Shown here piece by piece: positions 27,109 through 38,629 of a DNA stretch of 64,000 nucleotides. The translations under genes were made by a program, and so were the position numbers. The stretch covers positions 1-64,000 of the forward strand of contig NIVC01001472.1 in the NCBI GenBank assembly GCA_002269645.1, written 5' to 3'. This DNA is from Macrostomum lignano. Lineage: Eukaryota. The notes under the pieces are model-generated. The model was not told where the DNA came from. It saw only the letters and a list, made by a program, of their open reading frames with translations, and searched no databases. Each line of letters starts with the position of its first letter. The first letter of the stretch is position 1.

Positions 27109-27365
27109 ACTCACACGTGCATGTAGTATAGCTAGTAATAACAGTTTGGCCTGCATACAGCAGGTACTGCATACAGTATATATGTACGTGCGAACCTTTG
27201 AATTTAGAATTGCAGCATTGCTATTACTTTTCACGCAGCTGAGGAACTTTCATCTGTTTGAGGCAATGCCAACTGGCAATTTCTAGGAATCTACATGAAG
27301 CTGCAGTATCCACGCAGAATTTTTTAGAGTCAATGGCCGCATTGGCCGACAGGATTAAAGCTTTA

Positions 27366-27481
27366 GGGCCCGTTCTATAAAGCCATCGTAAGATAAGATC
27401 GTTCTTAGCTCCTATCTCCGCCGTGTAAAAGTTCCGACGTACGATCGAACTTACGCTACGACAGCTTTATAGTACGACCCC
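27366..27481. mobile_element. 116-bp PIF/Harbinger (Tourist-like) MITE
   Basis: Imperfect ~35-bp TIRs (gggcccgttctataaagc...gctttatagtacgacccc) flanked by TTA on both sides. Confidence 0.75.
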
Positions 27482-28214
27482 TTATAGTATTTAGAAGATT
27501 TGGGCAATACATTTTAATTTTCGAATCTTCGGTTATTAATTCCTGTGATAGGGTTTTTAAAGGAAAAACCAACGGTGTGTAACATCGAGCTTTAAGACGT
27601 TGTCTGAAATACTGATTCTTAAATTTCGTTATTTTTTGTTATAACTTATAAACATTTCAAAACAGTAAAATGATGGCTTTCCGCAGACCGCGGGCCCGCA
27701 GGTTTCAAATTATATCAGCTTATGATTATGATTATTCAGCTACGGATCGAGTAGCCTAAGCCCTAAAGTGTAAAGTTCAAAATGTCTAAGATTTAGTCTT
27801 TCGAATTTCAGTGCTTTTACAGTAAATCGAGTGCCGTCTTAAACTTAAGTTAAACTTTAACGTTTAAGTCCCGAGTCAGGGGCTCTCTGGCTCTGTTGAG
27901 TGTTGATAATTATTGTAGGCCTAGCTTATTCATCTCAATCATGTGTATAGGACTGTAGTGCCATGCCCTGCACTCAGTTAACTTCATTCCCAGATGCTAG
28001 CTAGGCCTATTTTTAAACTCAAATTTTATTTTAGTAGCCTTTTCAATTATGGATTCCAGAATCCATATTTATGCACTTTATAAAACAGAATCTAAAACGG
28101 TAAAATGCTGGGATAGGCCCTACCATCAATTATCTTTTTTAATTTTTGTTTTTTTTCAATGGCCTGCCTGCTGGCTGGTTGGGACAAAATTAATACTCAC
28201 CACCTAGGTGGTAG

Positions 28215-28504
28215 GGCAATGGCTAGAGTTCCGGCACCGGAACCCATTTTCTAATGGCTACAGATCCGGCAATGCCATTATAATATAGATAGAACATTAT
28301 ATTTTTCTTTTTACAGGTGGCTGATATTGAGATTTTGTTCTAGATTAAAATTTAAGATGATATGATAAGATTCGGGACGAGATGCTTCTAATATTCAGAC
28401 TTCTTAAGATATGTTCTTAGCAGTCTTTATATGCTTTTATACGGCACTGCCAGATCCCTAGCTGTTAGAAAACGGGTTCCGGTGCCAGAACTCTAGCCAT
28501 TGCC
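28215..28504. mobile_element. 290-bp Mutator-type MITE
   Basis: ~67-bp TIRs starting GGCAATGGCTAGAGTT; 9-bp TSD aggtggtag/aggtagtag (8/9 match). Confidence 0.8.
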
Positions 28505-28925
28505 AGGTAGTAGCCCCCCCCCCCCTGATTGTTTTCATTGGACACAGTAGCAGACAAACTGTCTACAGGGACCACAGTGGTCCACTCTAGCATGCTCCTC
28601 TGGTTGACAAACTAATAGCAATCAAAATGACTTGCAGCCATATACACTCTAGTACTTAGCAACTATACTAGGCTAGGGGCCTATGCTATGGTTATAGGCC
28701 TAGTCTTATGGATTTGTGCATTAGGCCTACCAAGATGGCTTAGGCTACCAACAAAGATGGCCATAGCTCTAATCTAAATATTTAATTATATTTCAATAAT
28801 TTCTTTTCTTATTGGTAGTAGGCCTAATTTATATTAGGTATAGATATTTAAGTCTTGGAGAGATAGATGCTTTGATAGGCCTATAATAGAATAAATATTT
28901 GGCTTTAGCTTAATTATTGTAGCTA

Positions 28926-31831
28926 GGTGCTGACCAATTTGGCAACAAACAAATTCGGCAACAGAGATTTACCATGCACAAATTTGGCAAAAGCAAATTT
29001 GGCGACAATCTAGTCAAATTCGGGGACAATGAAGGAAGAACAATTGTGTATAATCTTATTAATTCTTATTGTTACATGTATTTGTCTAATTCATATTAGT
29101 TTCCCTTTGTAATAAGTTTTTTTATACATTATTTATCCTGTGCTTTTTAAATATTAAAATATTCAAATATGCTTTCCAAGAAAATTCATTCATTCTTAAT
29201 CTCAAAGATATGTGATGTCCAATTTATTTTAAAGGTCATATTGGCTTTGGTATAAAAATCACTGCAACTCCTTCGCAATGAGAAACAAATTCTAAAATGT
29301 AAAAAGAGCACAAAGTGACCTTAATTTTGTTCAGCTTCACAAGGTTAAAATAAAAGGTTTACAAAAAGGTTATGGTAAAATTGTAAACCCAACTGTAAAA
29401 ATTGTGGCTATGATTAAATCACACAGGGGGGCATTTAGCTGACTGCAGGCCTCAAGCAAAGCTTGGTCTGTTCTTGTGCCTGGGTCTGTTCATCCCAGAT
29501 TTTGTTATAAATAGACTATCAATGGTGGATAGCTATATGCTGTTTGCGCCAAAGGGCACCTTGTGACACAAGCTGCGCATCAAAAGCTGCCAATCTGGCT
29601 TCTTTGTGCAAGAGGCATATGAGCAAGTAGAACAAAATGTCATTTCGTTGGGCTTTGTGGTTCAGCCTTTGGTGCCACCCCTCCAAATCATTGTTTGTTT
29701 GTATAGAGTGGCAATAAGCTAAGAGGCAGTTGGAGGGTCCAGACGGAAGATGAAATCCATGTGGCCTATAGTATGAGGCATGGGAGAATATGAGAGATAA
29801 CTCAGCTGATGAGCAGAAATCTGGTTCAGTGAGACTAGCTAAGTAAATTGTAAAAGTACAATAACTACATATACCTGAACATACTCTGCAAGTGCAGCTA
29901 ACTGAGGCTCTTCTTGCTGGCTGATTCGCGCTCAAAGCGTGTAAAAGGTTTGCTTAATGATTTCAGCTAATAAAAGTGGCAAGGCCATTAGCTAGCAACA
30001 AACATCTTGCACCTTATCATTATTGACAAAAGCTCACTGGAGGCCAAGCTGCTAGACGTGTTGCCACACAGCTTGTGTAAAATGAAAGAGGCAGCCATGC
30101 AGCTGGACACCAGGGAAGACAGAATGAATTGCACTCCATGCTGCCGTTTCAAAGTCAAGGAGAATTTTCCCAGGCCTGCAAAATCAGTTCATATGCAAGT
30201 GGCTAGATGTTACTTAATTATTTTAATTATTTAATTATTTTACTTAATTATTCAAAAAACTAAGATTTGTCTTGCATGTGAAATGAGATCGCGCACTGCT
30301 TGAAATAGATCTATGTAGTCTCTATGGCTCTTTCCCATCATCAGTGCAAATAGAAGTGGGACCTGCTTCATTGCTCCATTGTTACCAGAAATGAAAGTGT
30401 GAATGCTAAATAGTTGCACAAATGGTCTTCAAATGACTTTGAAGGTCTCATTGACAAACCACCTGTCAGACTCTGCAAGGTGACAACTATGCTTCTGTAG
30501 CAAAAACAATGTGGCGGCATCCTGGTGAACTTAAATCGGCTTGCAAAAATCCATCTAGTAAAGCATTCTGCTACATCATTGACAGCGACACCTGGTGGTT
30601 TGTGCATGGGGCCAGGTACATCATCGTAAATCTCTTGGAGCAGTGACACTTCCACAGCAATATCTAGTGGCTGGACAGCAGCACCCTGTGGCTTGACAGC
30701 AATGTCTGGTAGCTGGACACCAGCACCCTGTAGCTCAACAGCGATGTCTGGTGGCTCAACATCTGTAGCACCCTGTAGCTATAGCTCATGTACATGTACA
30801 TGTAGTGTGGCCATTTTTGCTTGTAGCTATAGCTCAACAGCAACGTTTGGTGGCTGGATAGCAGCACCCTGTAGCTCGACAGTGGCGTCTGGTGGCTTGA
30901 CAGCTGTAGCACCCTGTAGCTCAACAGCAATGTCTGGTGACTCGACAGCTGCAGCACCCTGTAGCTCGACAGCGACGTCTAGTGGCTTGACAGCTGCAGC
31001 ACCCTGTAGCTCAATAGCAACATCTGGTGGCTGCTTGATGGCAGCTTGCAGGTCGACACATACTTAAACTGTGGGTCACAGACTTGACAGTACCAGTCAA
31101 AAGATGTCTGCCCTCTTAGATACTGATAATCATGAGCAGTTATATGATGTTGTCCTTTTAAACAGATGCGATGCACCCATAGGCAACATACATCACATTG
31201 TAGGCCATGCTGCCTATTCCAAACTGCTTGTTTGCATAAGGGATATACATGTACATGTAGTGTGGCCATTTTTGCTTGATGCATCCACTGTATGGCTGTT
31301 TATAGCCACTGTTATAAGGCCAATTTAGTGGCTAGGGTCTTAAGGAACCTCTGCCACAGAAATAGAAATAATGTATACACATAGCAGTAGTATCAGTATC
31401 TCGTACTAAGTTTATGACGTGTATGTGCTGTTAACAAAGGCAATCAATAAATCACTCAATCCAATCTACCACCAAAGGATTCTTGGCTGTATCTCAGCAT
31501 ACAGCGCACCTAGCATTTCTGGCAATTACTTTACAGTATATACCAAACTTGACTATACAAGTGCATTATATAGAATTTTTGGGGTAGATGAATTGATTGC
31601 TCATTAGGGCAGAGAGTGTACAATTGTACACAAGTATTTATTATTGAATTGACAATCTGCATATAGCTACGCTTGTACTTAGGATAATAATTGGTTTGAC
31701 TTCATTGTGTTGGGGTAAAACATTTAGTATATTTGGATATATAAAACTTGTTGCCGAATTTGCTTTCGCCAAATTTGTCCATGTTAAATTTCTGTTGCCG
31801 AATTTGTTTGTTGCCAAATTTGCATGCATCC
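28926..31831 (-). mobile_element. Decayed 2.9-kb Mutator-like (MULE) transposon with PHD finger and transposase pseudogene
   Basis: TIRs of tandem aaatttggcaac motifs; 9-bp TSD ttgtagcta/ttgtagctt. The minus strand encodes a PHD finger (CKQAV..LQCDVCCLWVHRIC..DWYCQVC), the MULE core KILLDFETAAWSAIHSVFPGVQLHGCLFHFTQAVW (~30070-30170) and TNNDLEGWHQRLN (~29660-29700), with several in-frame stops. Confidence 0.9.
30670..31030 (-). repeat. 45-bp coding tandem repeat (~7 copies) inside the MULE ORF
   Basis: The minus frame reads AAVKPLDVAVELQGA-like 15-aa units. Confidence 0.8.
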
Positions 31832-31839
31832 TTGTAGCT

Positions 31840-32152
31840 TGACCTATCTATCTAGATATTTATTCATTAAAAAAGCAAGTAGGGCCTAGCCTAGCCTTAG
31901 CATAAAATAAATATATTTTGCATATTTACCCAATTTTTATAGCATTACCACTAGGCATTAGCAATGGTTTCTTGATAAATTGATAGAAATAGATTTGATG
32001 ACCTATCTATCTAGATATTTATTCATTACAAAAGCAAGTAGCCTCGCCTTAGCATAAAATAAATATATTTTGCATATTTATCCCATTTTATATAGCATTA
32101 CCACTAGGCATTAGCAATAGTTTCTTGATAAATTGATAGAAATAGATTTGAT
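31840..32152. repeat. Tandem duplication of ~160 bp (2 copies) abutting the MULE right end
   Basis: tgacctatctatctagatatttattcatt...gatagaaatagatttga occurs twice, near 31840 and 31999. Confidence 0.88.
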
Positions 32153-34768
32153 AGATGTAATAATACGGAAAAATTGGTGCAAGCATTAAAAAGATTACAG
32201 TTATAAATTTATGAACATTTATGAATGTGATTAAATAAAATATTAATAATTAATATAATAATAGCTTTTAAGTTGCTAATTAATGGTAAAAAAAATAGAT
32301 ATAATAGAGATTCAATGTTGTGGCTATCTTGGTCTTATACCTATAGATCATAGGCAATCTTTTGGATAAAGAACATTTCTAAATATATTAGTTTTTGTAG
32401 ATGATTACCATTAAATCTTTTTTTTCTATTTTGTTCAAACTAAAGAAACCACAATTTTTTATAAATTAAAAAGTTATTTAAACAAAAATGCAATCAGCCT
32501 ATAGTGTATATATTTAGTTTTGCAAGGCAATCTTTTAAATGGAACTTTTACATGCAAATGATTGTGTTCCAAAACTACAAACTAAAAAATAACATTTTAT
32601 CATTCTTCTAGCAAACAATTAGTATTCCACAAATGTAAGCACTATCTTTGGGTTCATCATTTGTACATATTAGTAGCATTAAAATGATCATCTTCCAAAA
32701 TTAAGGGAAGGGTGCCACAATGCATATTTTGCTTTATAACCCCTTTCAATCATCTTTTTAAACCATTTTCTTTGTACTATATATATAGAGTAGAAAGGGA
32801 GGCCTTTTAAGTGAGATGCTATAGTTTTGGAACACAATCATTTTAAGCCAATTTTTGTATTTAAATGATTGTCTTCTAAAGCTGAAACAGTATACAAGAT
32901 GCTTATTTATAAAAAAGATATATGGTTCTGTGACTATTTGAAATTAGCAAAATTGACCAGAAGTGCTATAGTTGTGGAAGATAATAATTTTAATGCAGTT
33001 TTCATATTTAAATGATTCTTATCTAAAATAGATATAATATACAAGGTGCTAGAATATACAAGTGCTAGGATCATTTGTTCCATGAAGTCAAAATTTTATA
33101 TATCTATAAACTGTTTATTATATTGCTTTAAGAGCTTCCAAGCTTTATTTTTTATTCAAAACATTTTTAAAGTGATTATCACTTCACTTAGTGACTGTCA
33201 TCCAAAAGATTGCTAAAAGATCTTATCTAGGATTTTCTTATCTAGAGAATTTTTGTTTAACATAGTTCCTATATCTTATATTATATATACAATTTACTAT
33301 TTTCTATATACAATATGCATGTATAACCCTTTGATTTATACTACCTGGTAGCTATGCAATTTTTTTACCAAAATATTACTTACCCAGGCATATGAAAAAA
33401 TGTAAGCAAAAATGAATGTAAATTTGTATAGGCCTAAATGACATGAGTAATTATAATTGTATAAAGCTAAGGCTAAATGCCTCATTATCTAATTAGTGCA
33501 ACATCTATTTTCCAGGCAGGCATTTTTGTAACTTAACTTGGCTGAGCCCCTCGCTAGCCAATTAGATTAGTTAGCTTGGCAGGGTGTTATATATACTATT
33601 CTTCTAATTACTAAAGTAGGTCTATTATAAACAAGAAAACTAAGTGGCAAGTAGATAAAAATTATAACTTGATAGGGGTTAGACATGATCATTATAATTA
33701 TTATTTCTTTAAACTTTCTTTTCATTTCAAATATAACTTTTCTATTTGGTCTATAAAAATCAAACATTAATACAAATTTGTATGATAGTAATAGTTTATA
33801 TTTAATAGCATTAAATATAATAATAACATTTTATTTAGACCAATATATAACATAATGAATAATAGTTACTTTTTTATTTGTAATTTTCCTTATTGATCCT
33901 ATAAATTCATTGCAAGTTGTATTAATAGTAGAATTTTTGTTGCTTACTTGTTTTAAATGCCTTAGTATTAGTAGATAACAACTTAAATAAATATTGAATA
34001 AATTGCAAAGTCAGTAAGTTAATAGGTAATAAATTGACTTTTTAGTTTTTTTACATTCAAATGTTAAAAAGTAAAATAAATAATGGTGTTGCATTGTTAT
34101 TTTAATTTTTTATAATCACACTAGACTAGATATTTCAAACTTGCTTAACCCTTAATAGTAAATAATAATGACTATAGGCCCTATACAAGCCCAACACCCA
34201 TCTGACCCATCCAAACTAGATGGGTGAAATGGCCACTAGGCAAGGTAAGTCACAAAATGAAAAATGCAAAGAATGAAAAATTAGGGAAGAAAAAGGAGAG
34301 GAAAAGAAAAGGAAAAGAAAGGGAAGAGGAGAGAGAAAGAGAAAGAAAAGAAAAGAGAAAAAGGCAAGAAAAGTCATATAAAAAATGAAAATTAGGCTAC
34401 AAAAATGGGAGGAACTAAATTGCAATTGGGAGGAACTAAGTTGCAAATCTGGACAAAACTAAGTCACTCAAAGTCAAAGTCAAAATCATAGGATTTTATA
34501 ATACTTGGTAAAATTTCTGATACTTTTGAATAGTTCTAGCAATCCCTATAATATTTTTTAGCCCAATACTTATATTTTTTATTCTAAAAACAGATAAATT
34601 CATAATAATATTAGTCTTTTCTTTTGAGTATCATAGAGCAGTTACTTTTATATTAATACACGCCACTGTCTTTCATGATGAATTGCACAATTGCTGTGCC
34701 AATATTTGCCATGCAGTCATCTAATGCATTATAGGCATTGGTTAAATTGAATTTGAAGACAGTTAATC

Positions 34769-37700
34769 ATGGAGATGTGCAGCGGTCCCATTGGCACCAG
34801 CGCCAGCAGTGGTGGCCAAATCCAATTTGTGCTGCAGTCTGGTCCGGCATTTCTACCAGCCAGCTTTACTATTGCCCAGCCTGCACAGCAGCAACAGCAT
34901 ATCATAGCAGTCAGCAGCACTATTGGAACTAATACGGTATCATCCACTACTTCAGCCGGCTCTGTGCCAGCTACTCTAGCCAATGGGAGTCAGCAGCAGC
35001 AGTCTGGCAGGCGCCTGCCTCCCCGCTCCATCATGCCAAGGCCGCTGGTGCCAAAAGTTTCCGCAAATGCTCCTCTGCAGCCCAAGCCACTGCCTGCGGC
35101 TGCAGTTCTACCGACAACTACAACTGCGGCCCTGTCTGTGCCGGCGGCGCATCACACGCTAACCCGACCGGCTAGCTGCACATTTCAAGCCTTCCAACTG
35201 CCGCCCCATCTAATGACTGCTGGCGCCGCGCTATTCGCTCCCGCAGCCGCCGGCGCTGGCGGCCTGTTTTTCAGCCCGGCTGGTGCTGTCTTTGTTGACG
35301 ACTGTTCAACAGCACCGGTGGCAGCGGCGGCGGCGACGGTGGCAACGACGGTTGCCGCGCCAACAAGCAAATCAAAGAAGAGCAGCAAGAAGAAAGCGCC
35401 AGCTGCTAAACCATCGGTTCCTATCCCAGTATCCAAGCCGCATCCGCTGTGTCACAGTCTGTCGGATTCTAATCTGCTACGCCGAACTGACAGTCAATCG
35501 CCTGGCGGACAGGACCTCCTGTTGATGGCCTGCCAGGAGGCGGGACTGCATCTTGGCGACGTGACAGAGGCGCTCGCGCCCCAGCCCAGTCCAGCCTTGC
35601 CTCAGCCTGCAGTTCAGCAGCAGCAGCAGCAACAGCAGCCGGAACAGGTGCCAAATGTTGATAGCAGTGTTGAAGCCGCCGAGTGCAATGATAATTCTCT
35701 ACTAACTGAACTAGGCCTGCTAGCTGAGCAGCAGGTAGTGCCAGCTCAGCCAAACTGTTGCAAACTTGAGGATGAGGTCGCAACCCCGACTAGCCTAGCA
35801 ACTAATGATCGGCCGCAGACGCCGGTATTAGCGGCCGACGATTCATTTTTGAAGCTATTCGATCAGTCGCTGAATTCCGGCGCAGCAGCAGCAGCTGATG
35901 ATGCCTCCACGGCAGCCCCGGTGAAGCCGGACTCCTCGTCTGCCGGCGCGCCCAGCCAGCCGCCAGCAACGCCAGCCGAATCTGTTGAAGAAGCAGCCGC
36001 GCCAAGCAATCAGGCTGCAATCGAAGACAAAGTCATCGTAGTTGACGATTCCATTGTCGAAGCTGTTGATCCCGTTGAATCAGCCGAGAAGCTTCTGTTC
36101 AGCGATTCGTTTGTAGAGTCTTGGAACGACTGTCTGCAGTTCGCTACGCTGGAGGCTCCGCCGCCGCCACCGTCACAGCCGCCGCCACCAATTCTGGAGC
36201 AGCAGCTTCCGCCTGATGCGCCGGTAGCAGCCCAGCTGTTGGCCGCGCCAACCTGCAATCGGGTGCTGTCGGAGACGCTGCGCGACCGGCCGACAAGTCC
36301 GCTGCCGTGTGTGCTGCATCCGGAATCTGAGCAGTCGGCCTCGGCGGCATCAACGGCCCAGGTCGCTTCAACCGAGTGTGCAACGGCTTTCCTAGACTGC
36401 TGGACCTCCGACCTGCCGGCCATGCCCATCGACTTAGTAGATAGTGCCAACGACGAAGCTGACGGAATCGCTGCGGACGACCGTGCAGCCAACAATGAAC
36501 ACAACGGCGGCGGCGGCGGCGTTGTATCCAGCTGCCAGTCCCTGGTGCTGGACGATTTCTTCTCGGTGCTCCATCCCGGGCCAGAAACCGAAGCTGACAC
36601 GGCTGCCTCTTCTGCTGCGACTCCGCCGCCACCTCGGCTGACATCGCAACCGAATTTGGCAACAGGGGTTGTCGAACAGCAGCAGAGCGAACAGCAGCAT
36701 GTAACGCCGCCGACAGAATCGCAGCAGCAGCAGCAGCAGCCGCCGCGGCCGCCTCAGGATGACACGCTGAACACGCCAACAGCCGGCTCGGTGCTGACTG
36801 CCGCGATGGCTCTGAGCTATGCGCTTCGCGACCCGCCCGATCTTCTCCGCTGCTGCCCGCCGTTGCAGTTCCCGGCGTCTCCGCCGCCGCGTCTGGCCGC
36901 CACGCCAAACTCGCTTGCGTCCACGGCCAGCACAGTTCCAGCCACCGCTGCCTCCGACTGCGACTGCGCCGATGACGGAGATGCAGGCGGCAATCAGACG
37001 CTGACTACCGAGGATGCCGTTTGCTGCGACAGCGCCGACGACCTGCCACCGCCCGTGCTGTCACCGGCTCCGTCTCCGTCCCCGTCGCTCGAGGCTCCTC
37101 CGCCAGCTTCTGTCGACCGGTGCTGCCCCAGCCCCGCTGCCGCCGCCTACAGCCCAATCTCGGAGCCCGAGCCTCAGCCGTCGCCGGCTCCCTGCTGCAC
37201 CCTGTCGTCAATGGTGGCGGCGCCCGCTGTTGTGTCCATGGCGTCTGTCTCGACCGGGTCATCGGCGCCGCCGTCGGCCTCGTCCGACCAATGCCCGCCG
37301 TCTACTGGGCCCTCGTCGACTTTTGTTGACGACTACGACGACTACGAGAACGAGAAAGACGGCGCTAATAGTAGCGACAGCGACTGCGAGGTTGCTTCGC
37401 CGCTGATTGACACACTGGTGAAGGCGATGCTCAGCGCCACGGAGTCTCTGGAGACGTCCGGCACAGCTGGAGTCAGTAGTGTGCAGGATGAGGCGCCGCC
37501 TCCGCCTGTGCTGCACATGGAGCCTGGCGCCAGGTCTTTGTCCACCTCATCTTCATCCTCCGGCTCCGGCGGCGATCTGTCGGCACCATCGCTGGCCTGT
37601 CTAGCCCGCCAAATTGTCCAGTCGGCCACCGAGGCCGTCGAAACATTCAACTGTGAAGGCGACGGCGACGATAACTTCGCTAACGAGGAGGTCGACGCGG

Positions 37701-38629
37701 CGCCGCCTACGCTGGACAGAATCGTTGCCGAGTCGCCGCCGCCGCTCCCCCCTGTTGAAGAGTTCCGACCGCCCCCTCGGCTGTCGAAGGCGGCATTGAA
37801 GTGCAACTACGAGAAGCCTCGGCAGTTCGACCTGGTGCCGCAGTGTCAGGCTAGCCAGTCAAGTCCGTCCAAACGATTCGTGTCGCCGGCTTCCACTGTA
37901 GCAGCAAAGTATTCGCCAAAGAAGCCGTTAAAATTGCTTCTAAAAGAGAAGCGTCGAGCAATGGCTGCTGCCGCCACGTCGGCCGCAACTTCGACTTCGT
38001 CCCAGCTGGAGGAGCAGCCGTCGCCCGCAGCCGTGTCGACTCCTGCCAGACGACTGAAGATCAAAATTCGACCAATCCGATCACCGCAGAAGCCGCAGGT
38101 CGTCACCGCAGCTGTTCCGGCAGCGTCGACTCCGCCGGAGCCGACCTGCGCCGGTCCATCGACATCGTCAGCTGTTAGCGGCGGCGGCGGTCTCAAAATC
38201 CGATTGAATTTGAGGTCGCTGGGATTGGCGCCGGCGGCTGGGTCGGCCACTCCGATATCAACTGGCGAAGCTAGCCAAAAGTCCGAGTCAAGCGGTGGCA
38301 AAAGCAAGCGGCAGAAGAAAACCGCCGAAGCCTCTGCAAACGATGAGGCAGTCGGCAAGCAGTCGAGGCGGCAATCAAAGAAATGCAAGTCGAAGTCTTC
38401 TAGTCGTAGAAAGTCTGCAGCATCAGCCGCGGCGCAAGCCGGCAGCTCCGAGCTGAACAGTGGCGCCAGCTGCAATGCTGACAGCCAGAACCGGCACAAA
38501 CGGAGTCGATTGTCGATTGAAGGTGGCGGCGGCGGCGGCGGTAATAGCGACGCTGCCGGATGCGTTCGCGAGCGCCTGACCCTGCGGCTGCCATTGCGTC
38601 ACAGTTGGGCGCCTTCGGCAACTAACTGA
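34769..38629 (+). CDS. 1286-aa low-complexity, probably disordered nuclear protein; no recognised domain; single exon
   Basis: 3.86-kb stop-free GC-rich ORF in AT-rich surroundings, with an in-frame stop upstream of ATG 34769. Ala/Pro/Gln/Ser-rich, with basic NLS-like clusters. Confidence 0.85.
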   Translation: MEMCSGPIGTSASSGGQIQFVLQSGPAFLPASFTIAQPAQQQQHIIAVSSTIGTNTVSSTTSAGSVPATLANGSQQQQSGRRLPPRSIMPRPLVPKVSANAPLQPKPLPAAAVLPTTTTAALSVPAAHHTLTRPASCTFQAFQLPPHLMTAGAALFAPAAAGAGGLFFSPAGAVFVDDCSTAPVAAAAATVATTVAAPTSKSKKSSKKKAPAAKPSVPIPVSKPHPLCHSLSDSNLLRRTDSQSPGGQDLLLMACQEAGLHLGDVTEALAPQPSPALPQPAVQQQQQQQQPEQVPNVDSSVEAAECNDNSLLTELGLLAEQQVVPAQPNCCKLEDEVATPTSLATNDRPQTPVLAADDSFLKLFDQSLNSGAAAAADDASTAAPVKPDSSSAGAPSQPPATPAESVEEAAAPSNQAAIEDKVIVVDDSIVEAVDPVESAEKLLFSDSFVESWNDCLQFATLEAPPPPPSQPPPPILEQQLPPDAPVAAQLLAAPTCNRVLSETLRDRPTSPLPCVLHPESEQSASAASTAQVASTECATAFLDCWTSDLPAMPIDLVDSANDEADGIAADDRAANNEHNGGGGGVVSSCQSLVLDDFFSVLHPGPETEADTAASSAATPPPPRLTSQPNLATGVVEQQQSEQQHVTPPTESQQQQQQPPRPPQDDTLNTPTAGSVLTAAMALSYALRDPPDLLRCCPPLQFPASPPPRLAATPNSLASTASTVPATAASDCDCADDGDAGGNQTLTTEDAVCCDSADDLPPPVLSPAPSPSPSLEAPPPASVDRCCPSPAAAAYSPISEPEPQPSPAPCCTLSSMVAAPAVVSMASVSTGSSAPPSASSDQCPPSTGPSSTFVDDYDDYENEKDGANSSDSDCEVASPLIDTLVKAMLSATESLETSGTAGVSSVQDEAPPPPVLHMEPGARSLSTSSSSSGSGGDLSAPSLACLARQIVQSATEAVETFNCEGDGDDNFANEEVDAAPPTLDRIVAESPPPLPPVEEFRPPPRLSKAALKCNYEKPRQFDLVPQCQASQSSPSKRFVSPASTVAAKYSPKKPLKLLLKEKRRAMAAAATSAATSTSSQLEEQPSPAAVSTPARRLKIKIRPIRSPQKPQVVTAAVPAASTPPEPTCAGPSTSSAVSGGGGLKIRLNLRSLGLAPAAGSATPISTGEASQKSESSGGKSKRQKKTAEASANDEAVGKQSRRQSKKCKSKSSSRRKSAASAAAQAGSSELNSGASCNADSQNRHKRSRLSIEGGGGGGGNSDAAGCVRERLTLRLPLRHSWAPSATN

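Noticed and set aside
32500-33000. Degraded inverted repeats (aatgattgtgttccaaaacta / tagttttggaacacaatcatt)
   Set aside because: Probably an old foldback or MITE, but the ends and TSD cannot be defined.
35185-38621. Many overlapping antisense or alternative-frame ORFs within the 1286-aa gene (likewise within the GRXCR, BTB and SH3 exons)
   Set aside because: They are expected shadows of GC-rich, stop-poor coding sequence.
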